Shown here: piece after piece, positions 39,190 to 52,097 of the stretch
How the letters are laid out: each line of letters begins with the position of its first letter
Position numbering within the stretch: the first letter of the stretch is position 1
NCBI GenBank assembly: GCA_951406725.2
Contig: OX597836.1
Span: 16,740,001 to 16,804,000, forward strand
Reading direction: 5' to 3'
Origin: Octopus vulgaris
Taxonomy: Eukaryota
Length of the DNA: 64,000 nt
Position numbers and translations under genes: made by a program
The notes under the pieces: generated by a model
What the model was told of the DNA's origin: nothing
The model's database searches: none
What the model saw: only the letters and a program-made list of their open reading frames with translations

Positions 39190-39789
39190 TCAATATATCT
39201 AGTCTTGAGAGAGTTCAGATCATAAGAAGGAAGAAAACAATGAAATAGAAGAGAGTCCCAAAGTCTGGTAGTTTGAGGAAAAAAAGTTACAACTGCAGAC
39301 TTTTCCAATTTGTGGAAGCACAACAGCATTTGGAAGAAGACATTGTGAGTTTCAACTCAGGTGAGATGGCACAAACTGATCTGCAACTTCTTGCCTTTGA
39401 AACTGCAGATGAATTTGACATTCAACTGCTGTCTACTAGCATCATACATAGATAAAAGAGAAGCTTCTAGTTGTTACAGTAAATTTCAGCAATAATGTCA
39501 CCATTGTATGAAATATTTCAAGAATTACAGTTGAAATACATTCATTTATATTTAGTATATTAATAACTTTGCAGTTAATTGTTTTCTGTTCAAATTCTTT
39601 TAAAATACAGACTAATAATGAATAACCACGCTCTGACTGAAAAATCCAGGTCGTTAAGCGTTGTGATAAATTAGTTTAAATTGAAGAACGGTAATAGTTA
39701 ATATACATTTATGATATAAAAATCAGCCAGAATATTCTGCAATGATTTATATTATTCCTTAATATTTTAACACACGAAACAAAAACAAA

Positions 39790-39859
39790 AAAAAAGCGTT
39801 ATTCATTCACTGCAGATAACCGGAAGTCAGTTGTTTTTACTTCCGAGTCGAAAATCAAC
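39790..39859 (+). promoter_or_regulatory. Putative TATA-less CHERP promoter/5' UTR with two opposed ETS-type motifs
   Basis: CCGGAAGT at 39820-39827 and ACTTCCG (CGGAAGT on the - strand) at 39839-39845, just upstream of the ATG. CpGs are visibly retained from ~39800 to ~40760. Confidence 0.6.
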
Positions 39860-39884
39860 ATGGATATTCCGAATCCGCCTGAAG
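39860..39884 (+). CDS. CHERP: CHERP (calcium homeostasis ER protein, U2-associated SURP/CID/G-patch splicing factor), coding exon 1 (MDIPNPPE + 1 nt)
   Basis: ATG at 39860 reads MDIPNPPE-G followed by donor GTAAGA at 39885. The phase-1 join to 51927 gives MDIPNPPEDLEQKNIIDKLANFVARNG, matching the recalled human CHERP start MEMPLPPDDQELRNVIDKLAQFVARNG. It lies in a CpG-rich, repeat-free stretch. Confidence 0.88.
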
Positions 39885-40497
39885 GTAAGAAAAACGATTT
39901 AAATTGCCTTTAATTTTAATTATTTCGGTGTTACCGAAAGATCGAACCACAAGGCATCTTCCCTGCTTTATTTCCTACCTCTGAACGAACTACGGTAGCG
40001 ATATATAGGCTGCGTGATACAATCTTTAACAGACATGTGTGGCCGTCGTCCGGTGCCAAAACATGTTTTTACCAAGACAACCCCCAACGTTAATTGCCAG
40101 ATTTCATCTGTTTATTCCGAAATATTTCATATTTTTCCGACGGATAACCGATCGAAATAATATTTAGTATCATATGAATAATTCCGACGCTTTATATAAA
40201 CATTTTACACGTTACATACCACCTTATGTATCGATGTTCGTATTACCGCAACCGCCAACGTTTCACTTTCAGCGAATTTAATTAAACATTTTAGAATCTA
40301 TTTCGTAAATCGAAGAATTAATAAGACTAAATGTAATAAACATGTATGTATATTTTATATACGTGTGTGTTATTGTGTATTTTCCGGTGTGGAGAGACGA
40401 AATGACTGAATAAATACGGATATTGTTGTTGCCGGTTGGCGATTTTTGTTTCAATCAGCTGCTGTTGCGTTTCGTTTCGTTTCATTACGGACAGTTT

Positions 40498-40836
40498 ACG
40501 TAATTCAAGAATAGGCTAAGTCCACCTAGTTGGATTGGAGAGAAAGTAATCGACCGATACAGCAAAAGTTAACTTTCGATACACTAGCGTCCTCTCCCGA
40601 AGGAGACATCTCGTGGCGAAAGTAAAGAATACGCACACCCGGTGTTTAGGTTTCGGTTTCGGGTTCGGGCTTTTGTTACGCCGAAAACGGGTGGTGTACG
40701 TATTCTTTATTCCGCTCATCTCGTACCTTCTTAACGTAATTCAACATAGGCTAAGTCCACCTCGTTACAGAGAAATGATTGTCTGATACATTGCAAGTTA
40801 ACTTTCGATTGACTTGCGTCCTCTCCAGAAGCAGAC
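40498..40836. repeat. Diverged ~105-bp direct repeats flanking a long hairpin in CHERP intron 1
   Basis: acgtaattcaa...ataggctaagtccacct...aagttaactttcgat...gcgtcctctcc at 40498-40607 and 40734-40836, with an inverted repeat at 40616-40715. Confidence 0.85.
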
Positions 40837-42539
40837 CTGTCTCTTTACTCGTTAACATTAACCAAAGTTGAATACCCTTTGGATTCCTGTTGTTTAACTT
40901 TTAACACTTGATGTGCACTGTAGCGTTGATGGTTACAGGTTCCCAACGAACTAGCCACTAATTAACAGCTTTTATGTTAGCCCAAGTGACAGACAGGGAT
41001 GCTTCTCTGCAACTCGGAGCAGAACAAATACCACTCTCAGAAATTTTGTTCCAGAGCACCACACGTATTCATATATAACGGGCTTCCAAAGACTTTAATA
41101 TTTAAGTTTTTTTTTTTTTTAGTACAAGGCCATCAGTGTTAGGAGGATGGGATTAATTGATTACAGTGCATTAAAGATCCTGAAAAGAAGAAAGGCAAAG
41201 TTGACCTTGGTAGGATTTGAACTTGGAATGTAACAAGCCAAAAGAAATGCCACTAAGCATTTTATCCAGATGCAATAGTGATCCTACCAATTCACCGCCC
41301 TTCCAAAGTCACTGATCAGCCCAAAGCCATGATAGAAGACTGCTGTACCATAGGATGGAACTGGGTACTATGTGGCTGCAAAGCAAACTTCCTAACCACA
41401 CAGCTCTGCTTTTAGCCTAATCAAAATACTGGATAATTGATTAATTAATTAACTGACGAACCCGTGTAAGTAAGAATGAAATTATTGTCACAAGACTAAA
41501 AACTATGGAACTGCACATCCATGTCTGGGCTCAAGTGAAAAAAGATAACTTTTCTTATTTCTACAGCATGAAGGCATCTTGCAGACATCATTTAAATACT
41601 TTATGCCATTGGTCTCCCCAATATAGTTTTGTCCCACAGACTGATTCCACACAGGACAGCTTTTCTATGAACCATAACAAAACACAAAGTACATAGTGAT
41701 ATATGTAATTTAATTATTGCATATATGTTACATATGTATTACATATATAATACATGTATGTTATATATATACCACACATATTACACTCACGGAGTGGTTG
41801 GTGTTACGAAGGGCATCCAGCTGTAGAAACACTGCCAGATCAGACTGGAGCCTGGTGCAGCCTTCTGGCTTACCAGATCCCCGGTCGAACCGTCCAACCC
41901 ATGCTAGCATGGAAAACGGACGTTAAACGATGGGGATGATGATGATATGTGGAGGCACGTGGCTTAGTGGTTAGAGTAAGATTGTGGTTTCAGTTCTTGG
42001 ACCAGGCAGTGTGTTGTGTTCCTGAGCAGAGCACTTCGTTTCACATTACCCCAGTCCACTCAGCTGACAAAAATGAGTATTTCCTGTGCCAGACTGTCCT
42101 GTTGCACCATGGAAAATGGGAAGCTGACTCCATGAGTCCATAAGGCTCAGGAAGGATCTTGATCCCTTAATGTTTTCGTTACCAGCAGAAGTGTTAAGGC
42201 TGCATCCCCTGGTGAGGAGAATTGGACTGCAAGAGTCCTGTGGCAGTGCCACATAGGAGTGCTTGTGTTGGTGCCACATTAAAAGCACCCACCCAGCACA
42301 CGTAAAGTGGTTGGCAATAGGAAGGGTATCCATCCATAGAAACCAAGCCAGATCAAGCTGGAACCTGGTGCAGCTCACCAGTTCTGATCAAACCATCTAA
42401 CCCATACCAGTGTGGAAAACCAATGTTAAATGATGATGATGACATATATTATGCAAAAACACCCTGCAGACTCATTAGACTGATCAATGTCCAATATTTT
42501 AAATCTGGGTTTGTCCCCGTTAATGGAGGTGGCCGGATC

Positions 42540-43457
42540 TACCTCACTCATACAGCAACCGCTCTCTCTCACACCTTCTCGTCATCTCACCTGGTTTTGG
42601 CCATCCTCCTTCCTCAAGCCAATCCTCCCAATCTCCTCCTCCACCTGTCCCCTTCTCTTTGGTCAACCTCGCTTTCACAGTTCATTCACTTTAAACTCAA
42701 GCACTCTCCTCAGAACATGATCCTGATCCTTCCTCAACATATGTCCGTACCACCACACTCCATTCATCTTTGCCAGCTGTTCCACTGATTCCTCCAACCC
42801 CAGCAAATCCTCACCCCTCCTTTCATCCAGTTGTTTCACACCACACATTGCTCTCTCGGTCCTTCTCAAAATTGCCATTTCACTTTCCCCCAGACACCAT
42901 GTCTCACTTGCATACAGCATTGCAGATTTCATGCAACTCCCATAAACCCTTCCTTTCATCTTTAAGGAGAACCTTTTCCCATGTGATAATGCTCCACATT
43001 CCCTGAACTTCACCCAGCCAAGTCTCGTTCTTGCTGTCACAGCTGCTTTACATCCACTATATCTTCCAAATAACAAGACCCTCTCACCATCTCCACTGGT
43101 CCCGCCAGTCCTCCAGCTCCTTTCTCTCATCTTCCACAAATAAAATCTCTTGCCAGTCTTGGGCCACCTTCTTCATTTTCGTACATCTACCATGAATCCA
43201 TTTCCTGCCTTAGCCATTACCTTCCTCCCACACACACCACGTGGATCTACCTTACTCACTAACACTTCTCCTTCCACTCTGCTCACCATCATCTTTGTCT
43301 TCCTGAGGTTTACCTTCAAACCCTTGCTTTCAAACACCTTCCGTTTCTGAAACTTCTTCAATCCCTCCATCATCTCACTCATCAGAACAAGTTCATCCAC
43401 ATACAGTATCTCCATTATCAATCCCTCTCTTGGACTCTCCGTCACCACATCAACCAC
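42540..43457 (-). pseudogene. RTE-clade LINE reverse transcriptase, C-terminal fragment
   Basis: ILYVDELVL (YADD-like), GLKVNLRKTK, ARTRLGWVKFRE, MLYASETW, WYGHMLRK; frameshifted. Confidence 0.9.
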
Positions 43458-44189
43458 TAGAATAGAAATAAAATTGTAGAACTAGTTCTGTGTGGCCCAG
43501 TACCAAATGCTCCATGGCCTGGTGGTTGGGGAATCCTGCTTTATGGGACTGACTACATTTGCTGTAGAAAAATGGGATAGATAGATGCTTATGAATGCAA
43601 AGTCCTTTCCAGGTGAGGAATGTTTAACCCAACTTAGTTTAGTGGCTAGCAACTTCAGACTTAGAACTAAAAGGTCTTGGAGACATAAATCAGTCTGGGA
43701 AGAAAGTTATGTAAACTCTAAGATTCAGTGAACAGGCAGAAATTTAGAGAAATTCCAGTTGGAGCATTTGATGATGATGATGATGAGGAGGAGGAGAATG
43801 ATCCTCCTACATCCCTCTCTCAGCCAAGGGATCCTAGTCTTGCAGGCTCATGGGTGCTGGTGCCATGTAAAAGCACCCACTACACTGTAAAGTGGTTGGC
43901 ATTAGGAAGGGCATCCAGTCGTAGAAACAATGCCAAAACAGAAATGGAACCCGGGTGGTTCTCCAGCTGGCCAACTCTTATGAAACCATCCAACCCATGC
44001 CAGCATGTAGAACAGACATCAAAAAATGATGATGATGACAGCTTCTGGTCCATCAGGAATTACTGCCAAGATGCTTAAAATATCTGGCAGAGTTGGATAA
44101 AGCCTAGTCACACTTATAAGTTAGTCAGGTTGTCTAGGAAGGTATCATAGCCAACAACTGGTGTAACAGCATTGTAGTCAACTGCTTTT

Positions 44190-44560
44190 CAAGGGGTAAA
44201 AGAGACACCTTAGACAGAAGTAATTACAGCGGTATCAAATTGCTGGACCAAATCATGAAAGTTACAACTAATTAGGAAGAGAATTAACCTAGATGAGATG
44301 TAGTTTGATTTTGTGCCAGGGAGAAACGCTACTGATGCTCGCTTTATAGTTCAGCAACTGCAAGAGAAGTATTTAGCCAAAAATAAACCACTGTACTTGG
44401 TGTTTGTCAACATGGAGAAAGCCTTTGACAGGGTCCCTCACTCGTTCATCTGGTGGTTACTGCAGAAGCTAGGAGTAGATGAATAGCTGGTGAGAGCCAT
44501 TCAAACTGTGTACAGGGTTGCTGTCAGTAAGGTGGGAGTTAGCAATGAGTCTAGGTAGTC
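44190..44560 (+). pseudogene. RTE-clade LINE RT, N-terminal domains
   Basis: NYSGIKLL...FVPGRNATDARFIVQQLQEKYLAKNKPLYLVFVNMEKAFDRVPH, with stops. Confidence 0.88.
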
Positions 44561-44847
44561 TCCTTTATTTATCAGTCCTTTAGGTCTCAACAGGAAACAG
44601 CATCGCTGATGGTAAGGCAGAGAGCTGGCAGAAACGTTAGCACGTCGGGCGAAATGCTTAGCGGTATTTTGTCTGCCGTTACATTGTGAGTTCAAATTCC
44701 ACCGAGGTCAACTTTACCTTTCATCCTTTCGGGGTCGATAAATTAAGTACCAGTTACGCACTGGGGTCGATGTAATCGACTTAATACCTATGTCTGTCCT
44801 TGTTTGTGCCCTCTATGTTTAACCCCTTGTGGGTAATAAAGAAACAG

Positions 44848-45612
44848 GTATGGCACCAAGCAGCACGGTTGGCTGTTAGAGTGGACCGCTCATGATAATC
44901 AATGTCACAAATACTAAGGGACTGCTTCAGGCAGTCCTTGTAATGCTTCTTTGGTGCCCCTCTGTTGTGGTGGGCAGTGGTGAGCTCACCATACATGATG
45001 ATCTTGGGTAGGTGGTGGTCTTTCATCCTGTCAACATGTCCTACCCAACGTAGTCGTGTCTCAAGTAAAAGGGCTTCCAGGCTGGTGACCGTTGGCTCAC
45101 TTGAGGACCTCAGTGCTGGTGATGTAGTCGCTCCAGTAGATGCTGAGGATGGTACAAAGGTAGTGTTGGTGAAAACGTTCAAGGAGCCTGTGATGACAGT
45201 GGTAGCGGACCCAGGTCAGAGCCATATAGAGTGTTGTGAGGACAACAGCCCTGTAGTCTCTGACTTTTGTGCTGACCTTAAGATGCTTATTATTCCACAC
45301 ATGCTTGTGCAGACTGGCAAAAGCTTTGTTTGCCTTTGCATGTCTGTATTCAATTTCTTTGTTGGTACTTGCATCTGATGAAACGGTACATCCAAGATAA
45401 GTCAACTGCTGTACCAACTTCAGTTCTGTTTCGGCAATGGTGATGTGCAACATCCTGTACTCTTCCTGAGGAGATGGTTGGTGTAGGACCTCAGTCTTTT
45501 TTTTTTCAAGCTTACTTCCAGTCCGAAGTGCTGGGTGGCCTCTGCAAAGCAGGATGTGATGCACAGCAGGGCTCTATCTGTGTGTGCAACAAGTGTGGCA
45601 TCATCTGAAAGA
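44848..45612 (-). pseudogene. Second RTE (BovB-like) LINE RT fragment
   Basis: SDDATLVAHT, FGLEVSLKK, LTYLGCTVSSD, LRWVGHVDRM, IMYGEL; frameshifted. Confidence 0.88.
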
Positions 45613-48600
45613 GGAGGTCTTGGTGATGACAAGCAAAACTCAACAAGTAAAAGAGACTGATAGAATAAGTCCTGGGGTCGATTTGCTCGACTAAAGGCGG
45701 TGGTCCAGCATGGCCACAGTCAAATGACTGAAACAAGTAAAAGAGTAAAGAGTATATATATATGTTTGTGTTTGTCCCCCAACATCGCTTGACAACCGAT
45801 GCTGGTGTGTTTACGCACCCGTAACTTAGTGGTTCGGCAAAAGAGACCGATAGAATAAGTACTAGGCTTACAAAGAATAAGTCCTGGGGTCGATTTGCTT
45901 GACTAAAGGCGGTGCTCCAGCATAGCCGCAGTCAAATGACTGAAACAAGTAAAAGAGTTATACATCATTATCTGGCGCATGCAGCATAGTAAGCCCCACC
46001 CACCCACTAGAGGAAGACATGGTATAGTTGGAAGGGTGGGGTTGGGTTTGATCTGTCTGTCATGCCTTGGCATTTGGCCCTCTATCTTCGTACTATAGTA
46101 CTACTGGATCTGGGCCGACCTAGAGTTAAACAACAGCAGCTTCTCAGATATTCCCGCTGCCTTCTTACACTGCATTACTACTGTTTTATAGCAGCTGACT
46201 TCAATTTTCTGATAGAAGGCTAATGTGTTTGTACACATTCACATTCACATACAATATTGAACAGTGCTTTGTTTTGAGTTTCATTGATTTTAGATTGTCT
46301 GGAATTTATTGAAATGGTTTGGAAATAATAGTTTATGATTTTCATTCTTACCAGGGAGGAGTATGCGCTGCAAAAGTGTGTGTGTATGTGTGTGTATATC
46401 AAGCGTTGGCAACTGTTTCCGAGAAGCAGTTTACATTCAAAGTAATTCTTCTGAGGCATACCATTCAAAAAGTCCTGTGGGCCATAGTTTTCCCCACAGA
46501 CGTGCCTCATGGTAAGAAGTTTGTTTCTCAACCACATGGTTCTGGGTTCAATCCCATTGCATGGTACCTTGGGCAAGTGTCTTGTACTATAAGCTTCAGG
46601 CTGACCAAAGCCTTGCGAGTGGATTTGCTAGATGGAAACTGAAAGAAGCTCTTGATATACTTTGGTCGGCCTGAAGCTATAGCACAAGACACTTGCCCGA
46701 GGTGCCATGCAGTGGGACTGAACCCAGAACCATGTGGTTGGGAAGCAAGCTTCTTACCACACAGCCACTCCTCATGCATTATTTTGTAGCTTCAAAATTT
46801 TGATGAAGTGATTGCTTACTTTTAGAATGACATTGCAGGGTAGATGTGAGAGGCCAAATCTAGATGCTTTGAAATAAAACAAGGTAGAATATTTGGGCTG
46901 GATATGGCCAGTGGGATCAGATTGCATAGACTGATTCTCACTTTAAGACTACTCAGTGTAGGCAGGATGAAGAGGCCTGCAGCGCCAAGAATTGTTTTAT
47001 ATAGTCACTTGCTGTCACATGATTCTCAGACATAGGCGCAGGAGTGGCTGTTTGGTAAGTAGCTTGCTAACCAACCACATGGTTCCGGGTTCAGTCCCAC
47101 TGCGTGGCATCTTGGGCAAGTGTCTTCTGCTATAGCCCCGGGCCAACAAATGCCTTGTGAGTGGATTTGGTAGACGGAAACTGAAAGAAGCCTGTCGTAT
47201 ATATGTATATATATATATATAAGTGTGTGTGAATATGTTTGTGTGTCTGTGTTTGTTCCCCTAGCATTGCTTGACAACTGATGCTGGTGTGTTTACGTCC
47301 CCATCACTTAGCGGTTCGGCAAAAGAGACCGATAGAATAAGTACTGGGCTTACAAAGAATAAGTCCCGGGGTCGAGTTGCTCGACTAAAGGCGGTGCTCC
47401 AGCATGGCCGCAGTCAAATGACTGAAACAAGTAAAAAGAGAAAAAAAAGAGAGAGAGACACAAAGAAAACTGCCATCACCATCGTAATCATCATTTGATT
47501 TGAGGTTCCCACAGTTGTCAATGAGAGAGAGATGTCACTGCAATCTTCAGCAGCCCATGACACACTGAGGAGACATGAGTCTATGGAGAGCTGGCAGAAT
47601 TGTTAGCACGCCAGGCGGATAGCTTAACGGTTTTCGTCTGCCGCTACGTTCTGAGTTCAAATTCCGCCGAGGTCGACTTTGCCTTCCATCCTTTCGGAGT
47701 CGATAAATTAAGTACCAGTTACGCACTGGGGTCGATATAATCGACTTAATCCGTTTGTCTGTCCTTGTTTGTCCTCTCTGTGTTTAGCCCCTTGTGGGTA
47801 GTAAAGAAATAAGTATTTTGTCTGCCACTACATTCTGAGTTCAAATTCCGCCAAGGTCGACTTTGCCTTTCGTCCTTTAGGGGTCAATTAAATAAGTACC
47901 AGTTACGCACTGGGGTCGATGTAATCGACTTAATCCATTTGTCCTTGTTTGTACCCTCTATGTTTAGCCCCTTGTGGGCAATAAAAAATTAAATGTGTCT
48001 ATGGAGAGGTAACACGAATCTATGGTCTGTTGACCGGCCTCTTGGACGTATCTGTGTCATAGTTCAGTGACCTTCAGTGTCAACTTGGCCTACGTGTTGA
48101 CAATTTGCCTGCTCTGGCTATTAATACATTTAGGAAGTTTAATCCTCTATTTAATTGTCTATTGTTAAAACTTCCAGTCGGATATGAAAGGTTGGAAGAA
48201 CTCGACCACAAAAAATAAATAAATTAACCATTGGCCAGTGCATTTATTCATGGTTACCACTGAAGGATCGGTTTATTGTGAATGTTATTTACATGTCAAT
48301 CAACCAGGATATTACTTTTGTCAGTCTGCGTCCTATGTGTTGGGTGCAGTATGTGGCGAGTGTGTCACGTCATGTACAGGGCTGTGGTGATGGCGGTGGT
48401 GGTGGTGGTGGAGGTGATGGTAGTGGTAGTACAACGGTTGTGACGTGTGTCGGGGGGTGGCACTCGTGCCATATTACTTAGTGTATCCTGTGGTAGCTGC
48501 AACATTTTGTGAAGCGTGACCTTCATGCCATGTTCTTTGGTGCATTGTATAGCAGTTGTACCATATATATTTTATATATCTTGTTTCAGATATTAGAGTG

Positions 48601-48897
48601 TGGCCATGCTGGGGCAGCACCTCGAAGGATTTTTAGTCGAACGAATCGACCCTCCCCCCCAGAATGTTCTCTTTTTTTAAAACCCGGTACTTGTTCTGTT
48701 GTTCTCATTTGCTGAACTGCTAAGTTACAGGGATGTAGAGACATCAACACCGGTTGTCAACCAGGTGGTGGGGAACAAACACAAATACGAAAGCATAAAT
48801 ACATGCACACACACACATGCACACACATACACACACATGTCCAACTAACCAAACCGAGAACCATGTTGTAGAGAAGCGAACTTTTTATTAAACAGCC

Positions 48898-49281
48898 GTG
48901 GAGGCGCAATGGCCCAGTGGTTAGGGCAGCGGACTCGCGGTCGTAGGATCGCGGTTTCGATTCCCAGACCGGGCGCTGTGAGTGTTTATTGAGCGAAAAC
49001 ACCTAAAGCTCCACGAGGCTCCGGCAGGGGATGGTGGTGATCCCTGCTGTACTCTTTCACCACAACTTTCTCTCACTCTTACTTCCTGTTTCTGTTGTAC
49101 CTGTATTTCAAAGGGCTGGCCTTGTCACTCTCTGTGTCACGCTGAATATCCCCGAGAACTACGTTAAGGGTGCACGTGTCTGTGGAGTGCTCAGCCACTT
49201 ACACGTTAATTTCACGAGCAGGCTGTTCCGTTGATCGGATCAACCGAAACCCTCGTTGTCATAACTGACGGAGTGCTTCCA
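48898..49281 (+). mobile_element. Full-length family-C tRNA-derived SINE (tail 1)
   Basis: A box tggcccagtggttagg and B box gtttcgattccc; attaaacagcc occurs on both flanks (TSD-like). Confidence 0.92.
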
Positions 49282-50029
49282 TCCATTAAACAGCCACACT
49301 TGCACCTATGCTTTCTTTTAGTTGCAAATAATCTAATAATTCAGAGGGTATTTAGTGGAAAAAAGGCCCCTACTAACTTTTCCATTATTCAGCTGGTGAG
49401 CAGTCATGTCGTTCCTCTATAGCAAGAAACCCATTCTGCTCCAGCCCTTTCTCTCATACTTTACCCGCCTCTACTCTTTATTCTCAAAGCATAAAGTTTC
49501 CCCTCCCCACTCAGAGTTTGCAGTCTTGTGAGTCACATGGTGACCTCACAAGTGCTTGTAGCACAAAAAACGTACCCGGCAGTTGGTGTTTGGAAGAGCA
49601 TCTAGCCATAGAAGCCATGCCGAAACTGATATTGGAGTATGATGAACTCCTTGGGGCCCATTGAATCCTGTCAAGCTATCCAACCCATGCTAGCATGGAA
49701 CATGGACATCAAATGATGATATTGTTGTTGATGATGATGATGATGATGATGATATCTGGATGTGGAACAAAATAAAATTTCTCCTATATAATTGAATTAT
49801 AATTGGATGGTTTTTCTTTAAATACAGTTATCTCAAATTGGTGTAATTTTGTGTCATAAAACAGAAAGTGGTCTCAAGCAAGATCTTATCAAAAAAGTGT
49901 TTTAACCTTACTGACATCAATTTATTTGAAACCACACCTGGTTATATGATACAAACATCTGATCTTAAAGTGATCTGAATTAAAACATTCTATCAAAATT
50001 CCATATTAATTTTTATGGAGTGGAATCAA

Positions 50030-50740
50030 AAGGTCCTTGGACTAGTTATGCTCAATAAAAAAATAACCTAGTTACCTAAGTTTTAACATCATCTCCTTTG
50101 AGGTAGTCACCTTGATTGGCAATACACCAGTCCCAGTGTTCCTGCCATCTTTGGAATCTGGCCTGGAGGTCATTTTCCATAAGCGAGTCAAGGACTTTCT
50201 GCAGTTTGATTTGGGTTTTGACAACGGTGTTAAAACAGTGACCTTTGAGCTGCCTTTTCATCTTGGGGAAGAGATGGAAGTCTGCAGGGGCTAAATATGG
50301 CGAATAGGGTGGATGCAGAAATGATACCATGTTTTTAGTAAGAAACTCACAAGTGAGGAGAACTCGGTGAAGAATCCAATTCTTCACACTCCACAGGTCC
50401 GGTCGCTTTTACCAAATGTCCTCCCTCAAACACTTCAAAACATTGCAGTAGAACTCTCGATTGACGGTCTGGCCCTTGGGGATAAATTCTCGATGCACAA
50501 TATCATGTTTCTGGGGGTGATGCTTGTGGTGGGTCTTCCAAATCACTCATCATCTTCTAGGGATGTTCTGCTTTTGAAGCGCCCATGCCACTCGAAACAT
50601 TGCGTACAACCCATTGCCTTGTCACCATAAGCTTGCTGAAGCATGCTCAACGTCTTTGTAGCAGACTTCCTAAGTTTAATGCAAAATTTCACGTTGGCTC
50701 TTTGTTCTTGTTCATGACAAAATCACAGACTACAGCATAC
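50030..50740 (-). pseudogene. Internally deleted mariner transposon
   Basis: HPPYSPYLAPADFHLFPKMK (YSPDLAP motif) ... WQEHWDWCIANQGDY. Confidence 0.9.
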
Positions 50741-51179
50741 ATCATCATCATCTAACGTCCACTTTCCATGCTAGCATGGGTTGGACGATTTGACTGAGGT
50801 CTGGCGAACCAGACTCCAATCTGATCTGGCAGAGTTTCTACAGCTGGATGCCCTTCCTAATGCCAACCACTCCGAGAGTGTACTGGGTGCTTTTACGTGC
50901 CACCAGCACGAGGCCCAGTTTGGTGGTACTGGCAACGGCCACACCCAAGTGGTGCTTTTTACGTGCCACCTGCACAGGAGCCAGTCCAGCGGCACTGGCG
51001 ATGACCTTGCTCGAATATTTCACATGCCACCAGCACAAGTGCTAATAAGGCGACGTGATCAGAAAAAACACAAATCTCACAACTTGCAAAGTAAACACAG
51101 GGAACAGCTAAGTTATGGAGACATAAACACATGAACACTGGTTGTCAAGTGGTAGTGGAGGTCAAACACTGATACAAAG

Positions 51180-51212
<33 letters not shown>

Positions 51213-51213
<1 letters not shown>

Positions 51214-51599
51214 CTATATATATAAACGGCAAAATGTCTGTCTGTGTGTGTGTGTGTGTGTGTGTGTGCATGTCCTTTATACAAATCCACAATTTTTCAG
51301 TTAGAGGGCTCGCACTTTCTATGGTCATTCAAAACCGTCCAAGGGTGGTCATGCACATCTTTACATTTCCCCAGTCACCCCGAAAAGCCATTAAAAAAAT
51401 CAATAGAAGTGACTTATTTGTGAATTTTCTATCCAAAACCCAATCAAAATGCCCGAAACTTGATGCGCCAATTGAATGCCAGCTATTTGTATGGGATTGG
51501 TCGGAGATTTGGACAGTACTCGCGTTTATGTGCGCATGCACGCAGCTGTATATGCATGCACTAACACTATGACCCAGCAACGCCAGGTCATGGTGCTAG
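51213..51599 (+). mobile_element. Non-autonomous Helitron-like element inserted in the (TA)n of a family-B SINE
   Basis: A|TC start, hairpin tgacc-cagcaacgcca-ggtca, CTAG|T end; SINE sequence resumes on both sides. Confidence 0.78.
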
Positions 51600-51926
51600 T
51601 ATATATATATATGACAGGTTTCTTTCAGTTTCCACCTACTAAATCTACTCACCTGGCTTTGATCGAATTAAGGCTATAGTAGAAGACACTTGCCCAAGGC
51701 GCAAGCTTCTTACCACAATCCTTTGTTATTTTCCAAATTAATTCAAAGATAGTGAATTTGAACTGAGGAATGGTTACAAAAGATTTAATTAGTAGCAATC
51801 ACTCTACTCACTTAGTCATCCGTAAACTGCTAATTATAACTAACTCGTGAGTCTTTGTAATTAACGAACCTTTCTCCTCTGTTTTATTCATTTATTTTCT
51901 TTTTCTTTTTTTTTTATAATGTTTAG

Positions 51927-52097
51927 ATCTTGAACAGAAGAATATCATCGACAAACTGGCCAATTTTGTGGCCCGAAATGGCCCAGAATTTGAGCAGATG
52001 ACCAAACAGAAACAGAAAGACAATGCAAAGTTCAGTTTTCTCTTCGGCGGAGAATATTACCAATATTATCAGTTCAAAGTCAACGCAGAGCAATCAG
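51927..52097 (+). CDS. CHERP: CHERP coding exon 2, SURP/SWAP domain; gene continues beyond the window
   Basis: Long polypyrimidine tract plus TTTAG acceptor (AG 51925-51926) and GTGAGT donor at 52098. The 171-nt exon encodes (D)LEQKNIIDKLANFVARNGPEFEQMTKQKQKDNAKFSFLFGGEYYQYYQFKVNAEQS, closely matching the CHERP SURP domain as recalled. No later exon was recognised in the window. Confidence 0.95.

Noticed and set aside
39273-39455. 60-aa ORF upstream of CHERP
   Set aside because: Non-ATG start, no recognisable motif, and no supported splice partner.
48898-48975. tRNA-like sequences with A/B boxes (also the heads of families A, B and D)
   Set aside because: No proper acceptor stem, and each continues into a SINE body; these are SINE heads, not tRNA genes.
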